A stretch of DNA of 64,000 nucleotides from Octopus vulgaris (GCA_951406725.2 OX597841.1:17236001-17300000); one strand, 5' to 3'; counted from the stretch's first letter, positions 1 through 13,653 are shown. Numbers and translations are program-made. The notes: generated by a model from the sequence alone, not told the origin.

Positions 1-90
1 TTTTACGTTTCGAGCCTACGCTCTTCACCAGAAAGGAACACAGACATAAACAGGGAAAGAAAATAGAAAAGGTTTAGTGGTTAGCGATCT
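1..90 (-). mobile_element. Penelope-like pseudo-LTR fragment (family P1) with minimal hammerhead motif, cut by the window edge
   Basis: Reverse complement reads cttt-CTGGTGA-a-GAGC-gtag-GCTC-GAAA-cGTA-aaa; the same sequence family occurs at 25455-25633 and 62390-62565. Confidence 0.6.
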
Positions 91-439
91 GTACATATCC
101 ATATAAATATATATATATATATATGTAAGTATATATATGTATATATATGTGTGCGTATATGTATATACGTATGTGCATGTAAGTATATATGAGTATATGA
201 ATATATGTATTTACATGTATACGTATGTATGTACGCATGTGTAAACAGAAGTGTAATCATATATGCATATACCATTTGTGTATACATACATATATACATA
301 CGTACGTACATACAAACATACGTACATACTTGTGGGCGTATCTTCATGTACATACCTGTATGTATCTATATAATATCAAAGCAAGGTGGTATATAAGTGA
401 ACCGAGCTGGTGGTGGCGGCGAAGGCTGTGCTGGTGGTC

Positions 440-905
440 GTTGTCATGTTGGTGGTGGCGGCGATGACGTTGGTGGTGGCGGCGGCGATGACGTTTTGGT
501 GGAGTTTGTGATGGCGTTGGTAGTGGTGGCAGTGGTGGTGGAGTTTGTGATGGTGATGGTGTTAGTGGCGGTGGTGGTGGAGTTTGTGATGGTGATGGTG
601 GTGGTGGTGACGATGACGTTGGTGGTGGAGTTTGTGATGGTGATGGTGTTGGTGGTGGCGGCGATGACGCTGGTGGTGGAGTTTGTGATGGGTGGTGGTG
701 GTGGTGGTGGCGGCGATGACGCTGGTGGTGGAGTTTGTGATGGTGATGGTGGTGGTGGTGGCGGCGATGACGCTGGTGGTGGAGTTTGTGATGGTAATGG
801 TGGTGGTGGTGGTGGTGGCAGCGATGACATTGGTGGTGGGGTTTGTGATGGTGTCGGTGGTGGCGGTGATGGTGGTGGCGGTGATGGTGGTGGTGGTGGT
901 GGTGG
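440..905. repeat. (GGT)n-based minisatellite, ~55-63 bp unit GGCGGCGATGACGYTGGTGGTGGAGTTTGTGATGGTGATGG
   Basis: Unit visibly repeated about 7 times. Confidence 0.8.
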
Positions 906-1395
906 CGTAAATGTCCCTCACTGACGTCTCACTGATAGCGATAACCCCGCCGCTTCCGCGTTCCTTCTGCGCACGACGGACAACCCTCCATCCCACCCCT
1001 GTCACCACGGACACCCACCACCACCGCCGCCACCACCACCACCGCCGCCACCACCACCTATATCCCACATCACCCCCACAACCTCCCAGCTCTCCCGACA
1101 ACCGCCACCCACGTTCTCCACTCCCCCACCCCACACTCCGTATCCGACTATAAATGAAATTGGAATGAATCCTGGGTAATATTGTAATATTTTAATAAAG
1201 TTGGAAACTGAACTGTTTCCGGTTGCAAATATGTGTGTGTGGATGTGTGTGTGTGTGTTTATGGGCGAGAGAGTGTCAGTATGTATGTACTTATATATAT
1301 GTGTGTGTGTGTATATATGTATGTGTGTGGGTGTGTATTCGAGTGTATGTATGTATATATATATATATATAAAAACATATATATACATATATATG

Positions 1396-1457
<62 letters not shown>

Positions 1458-1660
1458 TATAATGTACATATAACACATGTTCACACGTGCATATATACAA
1501 ATATATGTTTAATAGAAAGATATAGTATACGTATGTGTATATATGTGTATATATATATCTATGTATATATCCATACATATATACACACACACACATATAT
1601 ATACGTATATATATATAAACGTATATATATATATATAAACATATATATATATATATATGC

Positions 1661-1692
<32 letters not shown>

Positions 1693-1905
1693 TATATATA
1701 TATATATATATATGCTACATATATATACATATGTATTTATTTCCATATTTACATACATGCATACAAAATTACTTTTATGCATGTATGTATATACATGCGT
1801 ATATATGGATGAATACCTTTTGATTTGAATTAATGCAAATAGAAATGTGCATACGTACGATTATATATTTACACACAACCAGAGTGTATATACATCAATC
1901 TAAAC

Positions 1906-1940
<35 letters not shown>

Positions 1941-2089
1941 TATATATATATATATGTGTATACATACCTACATATATATGAGTATATATGCATACTTTCA
2001 TATGTACATATATATATATAAATTTATATATATATACATGTACTTTATATACCTATTCCACCTCTCATCCCCCTCACGCCACATGTCTC

Positions 2090-2132
<43 letters not shown>

Positions 2133-2369
2133 TACATATATAAATACATGTGTATGTATACCTACATAAATATAAGCATTTATGCATACATTCATATGCA
2201 TATATATATATATACGTCTGCATGCATGTATGTATGTATATATATATATATAAACATACATACATACATACATACATACATACATACATTCATACCTGTA
2301 CTTATATGTACATATTTCGCCTCTCGTCTCCATCACGCCACATCTCTCTCTTTCTCTTTATCTCTGTAT

Positions 2370-2407
<38 letters not shown>

Positions 2408-2759
2408 CTTTTCTCTTTCTTTCTCCCGGTCTTTTCCTCTTCTCGAAACCAACGCCATTCATCCTTTCACTCGCAAGTTATTAATATTTCGTGTCCGACT
2501 AAAATTAACTGCTTCAAAACAAATAGACTTTACAATATATTGCAGCATTCATAACTTTGTAGCTGTTGTGACACTATACGTAGCTTTACATAATATCTTT
2601 CTTGTCTCGCTTCCTTCTTTCGTCCTCTCTTCTCCTCCTTCCCTCGCTTGGAATCTCGTTTGATTTCGTTTATTTTCATTCGTTGGCAAATATTCAGCTT
2701 TAGTTTAATGTTGCACAATAAGACGGTAAAATGTAAAAACAAAAACAAAGACAAGAGCA

Positions 2760-2771
2760 GCAACAACGAGG

Positions 2772-2808
<37 letters not shown>

Positions 2809-2925
2809 AAAACAATAGTAAAACACAAGCATGGCGGTGATAATGATGATGGTGATGGTAATGATGATGACGAAAGTGAAGATGAGAATGATGTTAATCA
2901 TCTTCATCATCATCCTCATCATCAT

Positions 2926-2998
<73 letters not shown>

Positions 2999-3620
2999 GG
3001 TGGTGGTGGTGGTGGTGGTGGTGGTGGTGGTGGCGTTGTTTTTGTTGTTTTAGGTGTTGTTGGTGTTGTTGTTGGTGGTGGTGTTGTTGTTGTTGGTGGT
3101 GTTAGTGTTGTTGTTGGTGGTGTTAGTGTTGTTGTTGGTGGTGTTAGTGTTGTTGTTGTTGGTGGTGTGGTTGTTGTTGTTGTTCTCGTTGTTGTTGGTG
3201 GTAGTGGTGTTTTTGGTGTTGTTGTTGTTGTTTTTGGTGTTGTTGGTGGTGGTGGTGGTGGTGTTATTCTTGTCGTTGTTGTTGTTGGTGTTGTTGTTGT
3301 TGTTCTTGTTGTTGTTTTTGGTGGTGGTGGTGTTGTTGTTGTTGTTGGTGGTGGTGGTGATGTTGTTGTTTTTGGTGTTGTTGTTGTTGTTGGTGGTGGT
3401 GTTATTATTATTATTATATAAAGGTAATGAAGATGGAGGTTGTGGTGTTGGTGGTAGTGGTGGTGGTGGTCACGTAGATGGTAGGGTTGGTGGAGGAGTT
3501 GTCCTGATGGTTCTGCTGCTGCTGCTGCTGCTGATGATGATGATGTAGATGACGACGACAATGATGACGACGACGATGATGACGATGATGATGATGACGA
3601 TGATGGTGATGGTGGGGTAG
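2760..3620. repeat. Compound trinucleotide tract (CAA/GAT/GTT/GGT)
   Basis: Direct inspection; this tract is the source of the poly-T/P/V ORFs. Confidence 0.9.
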
Positions 3621-3851
3621 ACATGGTGATATGGACACTAACAAAATAGTTGTTCGTCTCGAACTTCACTTGTATGCGCTTATATACATATCTCTCTGTC
3701 GGTATGCTCCGGCATGGCCGCAGTTAGATGACTGAAGCAAGTGAAAGAAAATATGTGTGTGTTAGTGTGTATGTGTGTTTACGTCGGCATGTGTGTATAT
3801 ATAAATTATGTATATGTATACATATCTATGTATATAAATTATATATATACA

Positions 3852-4010
3852 GGCACAGTGGCTGTGTGGTAAGTAGCTTGTTTACCAACCACATGATTCC
3901 GGGTTCAGTCCCACTGCGTGGCACCTTGGGCAAGTGTCTTCTACTATAGCCTCGGGCCGACCAAAGCCTTGTGAGTGGATTTGGTAGACGGAAACTGAAA
4001 GAAACCCGTC

Positions 4011-4063
<53 letters not shown>

Positions 4064-4260
4064 TTTGTATGTCTGTGTTTGTCCCCCTAGCATTGCTTGA
4101 TGACCGATGCTGGTGTGTTTATGTCCCCGTTACTTAGCGGTTCGGCAAAAGGGACCGATAGAATAAGTACTGGGCTTACAAAAGAATAAGTCCCGGGGTC
4201 AAGTTGCTCGATTAAAGGCAGTGCTCCAGCATGGCGGCAGTCAAATGACTGAAACAAGTA
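3852..4260 (+). mobile_element. tRNA-derived SINE family A (octopus OK/OR-type), near full length, with internal (TA)n
   Basis: A-box TGGCTGTGTGG, B-box GGTTCAGTCCC, CORE-like ACCTTGGGCAAGT, internal TA tract, tail ...GCTCCAGCATGGCNGCAGTCAAATGACTGAAACAAGTA; more than 15 copies in the window. Confidence 0.9.
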
Positions 4261-4460
4261 TAAGAGTATATGTATGTGTACGTATGTATATATATATATG
4301 TGTGTGGGTGGGTGTGTGTATTTAAATGCACACACACAAACATATATATTCATATACACACACATATATGCACAGATACATGCTTATGTATATTCACACA
4401 TATAGTGCATTGAGAGACATACAAACAGACAGATAGATAGATATTGCTATAAACACACAT

Positions 4461-4515
<55 letters not shown>

Positions 4516-4544
4516 GTAAACACATAAATCTATATACATATAAG

Positions 4545-4670
<126 letters not shown>

Positions 4671-4843
4671 GAGAGAGAGAGAGAGAGAGAGAGACAATAT
4701 GTATATATATTTATATATATATATATAGATATGTATATATATTTATATATATATATATATAGATTGTATCTTATATATAGATATTACTATATATGGTATA
4801 TAGTATATATATATCCACCTATATATATATTTATGTGTTTGTC

Positions 4844-4884
<41 letters not shown>

Positions 4885-5006
4885 CAATAGACATATATGT
4901 ACGTACGTATGCCTCGTTCTCCTTGCGTTTGTTCCTCTCACTGACTCCCTCTCCCTTTCTCTCTCTACCTCTCCCCCTTCTCCCTCTCCCTTTCTCTCTC
5001 TGCCTC

Positions 5007-5049
<43 letters not shown>

Positions 5050-5371
5050 TCATCTCCCGCCCATCTTTCTGTCTCATTACTTACTTGGCCAGCATTCAGT
5101 CCGCTTTTAAAATGGCGCAGTCTACGAGATGCACAACAGTAAACATTATGCTCCAACTCCTTCCATACTTATCTGCCGACACACACACACACACACACAT
5201 ACACACACACATATACATACACATACACACGCTCACACACGCAGACACATGTATGCACACATGCACACACCCTCACACACAAACACATGCAAATACATTT
5301 ATAGAAATTGACATGTATATACACCTGTATATTTTTCCATTTATATGTTTCTATATACAAAGATATATATA

Positions 5372-5430
<59 letters not shown>

Positions 5431-5656
5431 ATGTGTGTATATATATATATATATATATGTGTACATATATATATATATATGTGTACATATATATATATGT
5501 GTGCATAGTGCATATATATATATACATATATACATATATATATGTGTGTACATACATATATATATATACATAAATATATATATATGTATATATATATATA
5601 TATGTATATATATATACATATATGTATATATATATGTATATATATATATATATATG

Positions 5657-5718
<62 letters not shown>

Positions 5719-5902
5719 GTAATTATATTTTGGTCTGTCTGTTTCGCGCCACCTTTCTATCTACACATCTACCCGTCTATCTATCTATCTATTCATCACC
5801 ATCATCCATCCGTCTACAAATGTGTCTGTTCGTGTGTGGTATGTACGTGTGTGTGTGTCTTTATATATACATTTATGCATGCATATTTATATACATGCAT
5901 AC

Positions 5903-5939
<37 letters not shown>

Positions 5940-5970
5940 TATATATATATATATACATATATATACATAC

Positions 5971-6057
<87 letters not shown>

Positions 6058-6124
6058 TATGTATGTATATAATATGTATACATATAAATACACAGACATA
6101 CATAGGTGTGTTTGTATGGTATGT

Positions 6125-6155
<31 letters not shown>

Positions 6156-6611
6156 TAGATAGATATATATATATATATATACATATCTATGCGTGTGTGT
6201 GAATATATGTATGTATGCATGTATACATACATATATTCATATACATATATATATAGATAGATATATATATAGATAGATAGATAGAAATATACATACCATA
6301 CAAACACCTATATATGTTTGTATATATATATATGTATGTATATATATATGCACGCACACTATGTATATATATATGTATGTATATATAATTGACTGCAGCC
6401 ATGCTGAATTTTGGCAACCATTCGGCAGTTTCCCGTTGCTCATAACTACTAAAATAAACAAAGATGAACAGTAATAGCAATTATAATAATAATAATAATA
6501 ATAATAACAACAACAACAACCACGACAGTACTAAATTAGACAAGGCCAAATGCACAAATGCAGAGAAGGTAAACATTTCTGTGCGCATGCGTACGTGTGT
6601 GTGTATGTGTG

Positions 6612-7265
6612 TCTTTTATTCAGACATAGTCTATCTAGGAGTACATCAGCATTCGATCATGGACGTCTCTGATTTTCCTTCGGCGAAAAAGAATCCTCGG
6701 TTTATTGTAGTAGTAGTAGTAGTAGTTTTGTGGTGGTTGTAGTTGCCGTAGTGTATCTAGGACTATATCATCAAATGTGTACCTCCTTGTTTCTGTTGTT
6801 TAGTTTTTTTAGCCACAGGTCAGTCCTTATCCAGTAATGTTCTGTCCATGACCACCCCATTTTTTAGCCTGGCATAATGTATCTAGGACTACATTATCAA
6901 ATGTGTCATTCCTTGTTGTTGCTTAGTCCTGATCCACCAGGCCTATGATAAAAGCCGTTCCATCTGTGGCCATCCTATCTTTTATTCTGGCATAGTGTTT
7001 CTAGGACTACATTATCAAATGTGTCCTTCCTCATTGTTGCTTAGTGCTGATCCAGCAGGCCTATGATCAAAGCCGTTCCATCTGTGACCATCCTGTCTTT
7101 TATTCTGGCATAGTGTATCTAGGACTACTTTATCTAATGCGTACATCCTTGTTGGTGTTTATTAACTCCCAGGTCAATCTTGATCCAGTAATCCTATGAT
7201 CAAAAATGTTCCGTCTGTGACCATCCCGTTTTATATTCTGGCATAGTGTATCTAGTACTGCACCA
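6612..7265. repeat. Diverged ~120-bp tandem repeat (6 units), core GGCATAGTGTATCTAGGACTACATTATC
   Basis: Core seen near 6621, 6748, 6871, 6989, 7107 and 7240; the array resumes at 8855-9055 after an RTE insertion. Confidence 0.85.
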
Positions 7266-7274
7266 TAAGCACCT

Positions 7275-8056
7275 AGCTAGAAAAGGTATGGCCTGGTCAG
7301 CCAGTAATGACATGCATAAGATCTGGTCATCAAATCTACGTAGAGACTTCAAACTTGAAATCTTCAAAGCCACAGTCGAACCAATTCTACTCTATGGCTC
7401 AGAAACCTGGATGTTATCAAAGAAGCTTGAGAGGCGGTTGGATAGAACCTACACTCGCCTCCTTATGAAAGCTCAAAATCTCTCGTGGAAGCGTCATCCA
7501 ACCAAAATGCAAATATATGGGAAACTACCACCCGTGTCATCTCTTGTGAAAGGTAGAAGAGTCCAGTTTGCTGGACATTGTTGTAGAGCTGGAAACAAGG
7601 TAATTTCTACTCTTCTCTGGAAGCCATCTGCTCGCGATACCAGTCGAACCAATTCTAATATATGGCTCAGAAACCTGGACGTTATCAAAGAAGCTTGAGT
7701 GGCGGTTGGATGGAACCTACACTCGCCTCCTTATGAAAGCTCAAAATCTCTCGTGGAAGCGTCATCCAACCAAAATGCAAATATATGGGAAACTACCACC
7801 CGTGTCATCTCTTGTGAAAGGTAGGAGAGTCCAGTTTGCTGGACATTGTTGTCGAGCTGAAAACGAGGTAATTTATACTCTTCTCCTCTGGAAGCCATCT
7901 GCTCGCGATACCAGAGGGCGCACACTCTCCACCCTGATGTAATCTCCAGGGATACAGGCATCCAGCAACAGGACCTCTGTAATGCTATGATGGACCGTGA
8001 AGTCTGGCGTATCATAGTAAATTACATTGTCTTGACCACAGTCGAACAATGATGAT
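7275..8056 (+). mobile_element. 5'-truncated RTE-clade LINE 3' end with an internal ~268-bp tandem duplication
   Basis: Translation KLEIFKATVEPILLYGSETW...RVQFAGHCCRA...MMDREVWR is typical of the RTE post-RT region; (GAT)n tail; 7373-7640 is repeated from 7641. Confidence 0.9.
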
Positions 8057-8079
8057 ATATATATATATATATATATATA

Positions 8080-8408
8080 CGAATATAAACAAGAAGGGTA
8101 GAAATATTAGTTACTACCAGGTGCCCAGCACAAAAGACGAATCAGTCATAAGACAAAAATATTATTCGTATAGAAAAATATTATTCATGTAGTAATACAA
8201 TTAAAGGCCCCTAAGTTAGGATGCCGAGTGCTGAGGACACAAAAAGAAGATGAACTTATCGAGAGTGAAAATCAAAAACATTTACCGATAACTTTACACC
8301 TCGGACCGATCAGTTTCTGCCTCTTTCTAGCAAAACACAAAATATGTTTGCTAAGGCTGGCTTTATCAACGAGTCGCCTAAATTGAATCCGGCATCCTTT
8401 AATTGTAT

Positions 8409-8413
<5 letters not shown>
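8080..8413. mobile_element. Unclassified insertion in (TA)n with an internal inverted repeat (possibly a Penelope-like terminus)
   Basis: Flanked by TA tracts on both sides; TAGTAATACAATTAAAGG (8190-8207) is the reverse complement of 8396-8413. Confidence 0.4.
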
Positions 8414-8473
<60 letters not shown>

Positions 8474-8476
8474 CAT

Positions 8477-8736
8477 ATCATCTCTTGTGAAAGGTAGGAG
8501 AGTCCAGTTTGCTGGACATTGTTGTAGAGCTGAAAACGAGGTAATTTCTCCTCTTCTCCTCTGGAAGCCATCTGCTCGCGATACTAGAGGGAGCACACTC
8601 TCCTACCCTGATGTAATCTCCAGGGATACAGGCATCCAGCAATAGGACCTCCGTAATGCCATGATGGACCGTGAAGTCTGGCGTAGCATGGTGAAATTCC
8701 ATTGTCTCGACCACGGACGAACAATGATGATGATGA

Positions 8737-8740
<4 letters not shown>
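8477..8740 (+). mobile_element. RTE-clade LINE 3' end, third copy
   Basis: SSLVKGRRVQFAGHCCRAENEV...YPDVISRDTG, in-frame stop, (GAT)n tail. Confidence 0.9.
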
Positions 8741-8793
<53 letters not shown>

Positions 8794-8854
8794 CATACAT
8801 ACATACATACATATCATCTCGAACAAAGATGATGATGATAGCTCTGCATTGTCC

Positions 8855-9055
8855 AACGTGTGCTCCCTTGTTATTGCTGTTTAGCCACAGGTCAGTCCTG
8901 ACCCTTGCACACTCTTGTTCAAATATATTCCAGCAGAGACTATCTTATATTGTATTCAGACACAATGTACCTTGGAGTATATCATATAATGTGTTCCAGA
9001 AATGACCACCTCGTCTTTCCCACATTACAGAGTCAAAGACTGCATTACTATGTTT
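8855..9055. repeat. Continuation of the ~120-bp repeat array
   Basis: TTTAGCCACAGGTCAGTCCTGA, ATTCAGACACAATGTACCTTGGA and ATGACCACC match the 6612-7265 units. Confidence 0.65.
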
Positions 9056-9093
9056 TGGGGGAAGACATACTCTTACTCTTTCTCTCTCTCTTT

Positions 9094-9300
9094 TACTTGT
9101 TTCAGTCATTTGACTGCGGCCATGCTGGAGCAACGCCTTTAGTCGAGCAAATCGACCCCGGGACTTATTCTTTGTAAGCCCAGTACTTATTCTATCGGTC
9201 TCTTTGGCCGAACCGCTAATTGACGGGGACGTAAACACACCAGCATCGGTTGTCAAGCAATGCTAGGGGGACAAACACAGACACACAAACATATACACAC

Positions 9301-9358
<58 letters not shown>

Positions 9359-9680
9359 GACGGGCTTCTTTCAGTTTCAGTCTACTAAATCCACTCATAC
9401 GGCATTGGTCGGTCCGGGGCTATAGCAGAAGGCGGCGAGGTGCCGTTATGTTCTGAGTTCAAATTCCTCCGAGGTCGACTTAGCCTTTCATCCTTTCGGG
9501 GGTCGATAAATAAAGTACCAATTTCGCACTTGTCTGTCCTTGTTTGTCCTCTCTATGTTTAGCCCCTTCTGGGCAATAAAGAAATATATAGCAGAAGACA
9601 CTTGCCCAAGATGCCACGCAGTGGGACTGAACCCGGAACCATGTGGTTGGTTAGCAAGCTACTTACCACACAGCCACTCC
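9094..9680 (-). mobile_element. SINE family A interrupted by a nested family B SINE
   Basis: Tail at 9094-9300, body to 9430, head resumes at 9588-9680. Confidence 0.88.
9431..9586 (+). mobile_element. tRNA-derived SINE family B (Meta-domain-like), internally deleted, with TSD
   Basis: GGCGGCGAG start, B-box GAGTTCAAATTCC, GCCTTTCATCCTTTCGGGGGTCGATAAA; TSD TATAGCAGAAG at 9421-9431 and 9587-9597. Confidence 0.85.
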
Positions 9681-9711
9681 TCTCTTTACTCTTTTTTACT
9701 CTTTTACTCTT

Positions 9712-9915
9712 TTACTTGTTTCAGTCAGTTGACTGCGGCCATGCTGGAGCACCGCCTTCAGTCGAGCAAATCGACCCCGGGACTTATTCGTTGTAAGCCC
9801 AGTACTTATTCTATCGGTCTCTTTTGCCGAACCGCTAAGTGACGGGGACGTAAACACACCAGCATCGGTTGTCAAGCAATGCTAAGGGGGACAAACACAG
9901 ACACACAGCCACTCC
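9712..9915 (-). mobile_element. SINE family A 3' half
   Basis: Matches the family A tail. Confidence 0.85.
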
Positions 9916-9944
9916 TGTCGACGTTTTTAGAAAAATATTTGCAG

Positions 9945-10143
9945 GAGCGATTGTGTGGTAAAATGCACCGAAGTCTTTAGTCATCAGTCAAGTCACAACG
10001 AGGACCTCAGAGGGATAATACTTTCCTTAAGATGTGTGCTGTGCCCAATAAGACTGCTTTTTGCAAGACATCAATCTTGCATGGGATTTCCAGTTGCCTT
10101 AAAAAGTCTTGAAGTTTCAATGCGATTGACCCCAATGCTCCAT
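9945..10143 (-). mobile_element. R4/Dong-like RLE LINE C-terminal fragment (divergent subfamily)
   Basis: Minus strand 10143-10007 encodes GALGSIALKLQDFLRQLEIPCKIDVLQKAVLLGTAHILRKVLSL*, paralogous to the ends at 35068, 36556 and 50077. Confidence 0.8.
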
Positions 10144-10560
10144 CTACTCCGCCTCCTCATCCTCTTTTTCCTCTATCTCTTTCTCCTCTTCCTCCTCCAT
10201 TTCCTCTCCTTCTCCACTTCCTCTTCCTCCTCCTCCATCTCTTTCACCTCTTCCCCCTCCTACTCCTCTCTTTCTCTTCCTCCTCCATTTCCTCTTCCTC
10301 CTCCATTTCCTCTTCCTCCTTCTCCTCTTCCTCTCTTTCTCCTCCTTCTCCACCTCCTCTTTCTCTTCCTTCTCCACCTCCTCCTATCTCCTCCTCACCG
10401 CCTTCTCCTCCTCCATCTCCTCTCTTTCCTCCATCTCTTTCTCCTCTTCCTCCTCCATTTTCTCTTCTCCACTTCCACTTCCTCCTCAGCCTCTTCCTCT
10501 CTTTCACCTCTTCCTCCTCCATTTCCTCACCTTCTCCACTTCCTCTTCCTCCTCCCTCCT
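10144..10560. repeat. Polypyrimidine (CCT/CTT) low-complexity tract
   Basis: Direct inspection. Confidence 0.9.
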
Positions 10561-10762
10561 GCTTCATCCGCATTCGTTTCTCCTTTCTTTTTCTTTTTCT
10601 GTCTTTATATTGTCTTCTTCTTCATAACATTTTTTAATTCTTGTTGTTGCTGTTGTTGTTGTTGCCGTCCTCGTCGTCGTCATCGTTTGCTGTTCTTCTT
10701 TCGCTATCGTCTATTTAATCCTAATTACTGATCAAACACTGAAGACAAGCAAATCATAATTG

Positions 10763-10799
<37 letters not shown>

Positions 10800-11076
10800 G
10801 CATTGCAAACGCTGGAGTTTCCACAAGCAAACATCGGAAAGAAGCATAACAAAGGCACCACAGTAAGGAGAAGAGCAACAACAGCAACAACAACAGGAGC
10901 AACACTTATTAATAATAATAATAATAATTAATAATAATAATAATAATATTTGATAATAATTATGATAATAATAGTAATGATGATGATGATGACGATGATG
11001 ATGATTTTGCGGTATTCAGGGTATTAACGGCAACCCAAAATCGTCAACAAAAATATCGACAAAATTTAATGCATTT

Positions 11077-11098
11077 ACTACTACTACTACTACTGCTG

Positions 11099-11181
<83 letters not shown>

Positions 11182-11427
11182 TAATAATAATAATAACGAT
11201 AAGAAGAAGAACAACAACGGCAAGCACAACAGTAGCAAAAAGAGAAAGGAGAAGAAGAAGAGGAAGAAGAAGAAGAAGAGAAAGGAGAAGAAGAAGAAGA
11301 AGAAGAGAAAGGAGAAGAAGAAGAAGAAGAAGAAGAAGAGAAAGGAGAAGAAGAGAAAGGAGAAGAAGAGAAAGGGGGAGAAGAAGAAGAGAAAGGAGAA
11401 GAAGAGAAAGGAGGAGAAGAAGAAGAA

Positions 11428-11459
<32 letters not shown>

Positions 11460-11630
11460 AGAAAAAGAAGAAGGAGAAGAGAAAGGAGAAGAAGAAGAAG
11501 AGGAGAGAGGAGGAGAAAGGAGAAGAAGAAGAAGAAGAAGAAGAAAAAGAAGAAGGAGAGAAAGGGGGAGAAGAAGAAGAAGAAGAGAAAGGAGGAGAAG
11601 AAGAAGAGAAAGAAGAAGAAGAAAAAGTAT
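11077..11630. repeat. (CTA)n, (TAA)n and purine-rich (GAA/GGA)n tracts
   Basis: Direct inspection. Confidence 0.9.
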
Positions 11631-11773
11631 TAAGAGCACCTAGCTTGTCAGCTACTCTTGCTACTACTACTGCTGCTACCTCTGCTACTATTTCTACTGC
11701 TACTGATACTAATACGATAACCAGAAAATATACAACACGAACAACAACCATCACCACTACTACTACTACTACC

Positions 11774-11804
<31 letters not shown>

Positions 11805-12017
11805 ATCCTTTCTGTTATAGGCACAAAGCCTGAAACTTTGAGGGAGCAGTTAAGTACAAAACTGGTACTTATTTTATCGACCCCCCCCCCCCTGACAGGA
11901 GGAAAAGCAAAGTTGACCTCGGCGGAATTCGAACTTAGAACTTAAAGAGAGATACAAAATGTTGCTGAGGCTGAGCATTTTGTCCGACGCGCTGACGATT
12001 CAGCCAGCTCGCTACCT
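11805..12017 (-). mobile_element. SINE family B variant (diverged, alternative tail)
   Basis: GCAAAGTTGACCTCGGCGGAATTCGAACTTAGAA...GCCAGCTCGCTACC. Confidence 0.75.
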
Positions 12018-12074
12018 TAATAATGATAATAATGATGATAATGATGATAATGATGATGATGATGATAATGATAG

Positions 12075-12176
12075 ATGCCCTGATGCAGTGCCAGGAAGTG
12101 GCTCTCATGGCTTCTGATCTTAACTGATTGGAAGTGTTATCATGTACATTGTTTTGTCTTGGTATAAAAGATGGCC
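12075..12176 (-). mobile_element. Terminal fragment of non-coding TAA/TGA-repeat-associated element (family N)
   Basis: Reverse complement of 34731-34830; abuts an (ATG/ATA)n tract. Confidence 0.75.
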
Positions 12177-12188
12177 TTAATTTATTTA

Positions 12189-12305
<117 letters not shown>

Positions 12306-12395
12306 TAAATAAAACATATGCATATATACATACATATATGTACGTACCTACCTCTACATGTATGTATATATGCATATATGGGTACAGGACACCAC

Positions 12396-12432
<37 letters not shown>

Positions 12433-12447
12433 AATATATGTATATAT

Positions 12448-12492
<45 letters not shown>

Positions 12493-12503
12493 TATATATG
12501 TAT

Positions 12504-12536
<33 letters not shown>

Positions 12537-12629
12537 CACACACATATATATACACACACATATATATACACACACACCAATGGGTCTGTGTGTTTATGCG
12601 TTTGTGTTTGTTTCCCAACACCGGTGATC

Positions 12630-12820
12630 GTGCGTTTGCGTCCCCCCGTAACCTAGCGGTTCGGCAAAAAGGAAACCGACATAATAATTATCAGGATTTA
12701 GCTACAAAAAAGAAAAGGAAAAGGAAGAAATACGGGTGTCGATTCATTCGACTAAAACGTTGTTCGTCGAGGCGGTGCCCCAGCATGGCCGCAGTCGAAC
12801 GACTGACACGAAGTAAGAGA
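12630..12820 (+). mobile_element. Diverged SINE family A tail
   Basis: CCCCGTAACCTAGCGGTTCGGCAAAA...GGCGGTGCCCCAGCATGGCCGCAGTC. Confidence 0.7.
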
Positions 12821-13130
12821 CAGAAGACAAACTACTGCGGCAGCGACAGCAACAGTAACATCAACGAGAACAACATTTGAAGCAGCAGTAGCAGCCGTGG
12901 CAGCAGCATGTATGACAATAACAACAGCAGCTAAACCGGAAACAAACAAACAACAATAACAACAACAATACTATTGTTGTGCAAAATAAAGAAAAAAGCA
13001 AAATGGCGGTTTGTGTTTTAATCTTTAGAAGTTTTAAGAAAAGATCTTTTTTATTTTTCGGATTTTATTTGCGTATAAAATTGTTATTCTAGTATAAACC
13101 TACTTCAATGATGTTGTGAGTGTATGTATG

Positions 13131-13182
<52 letters not shown>

Positions 13183-13400
13183 TCTGTGTGTACGCGCGCG
13201 CATACAGTTCAGTTAAGCCAAGATATACATCTGTGTATATATGTATATGTATGTATATGTATATATATATATGTATATGTATGCATATATATATATATGT
13301 ATATATATGCATATATATATATGTATGTTATATGTATGTTATATGTATATGTATGCATATATATATATGTATGTATATATATATATATATGTGTGTATAT

Positions 13401-13432
<32 letters not shown>

Positions 13433-13585
13433 GTGTATATATGTATATGTATGTCTATATATATATATATGTGTGTGTGTGTATATATGTATATGTATAG
13501 ATATGTATAAATATATATGTATATATATGTATATATATGTATATATATGTATATATATATATATGTATATATATATGTATATATG

Positions 13586-13653
<68 letters not shown>

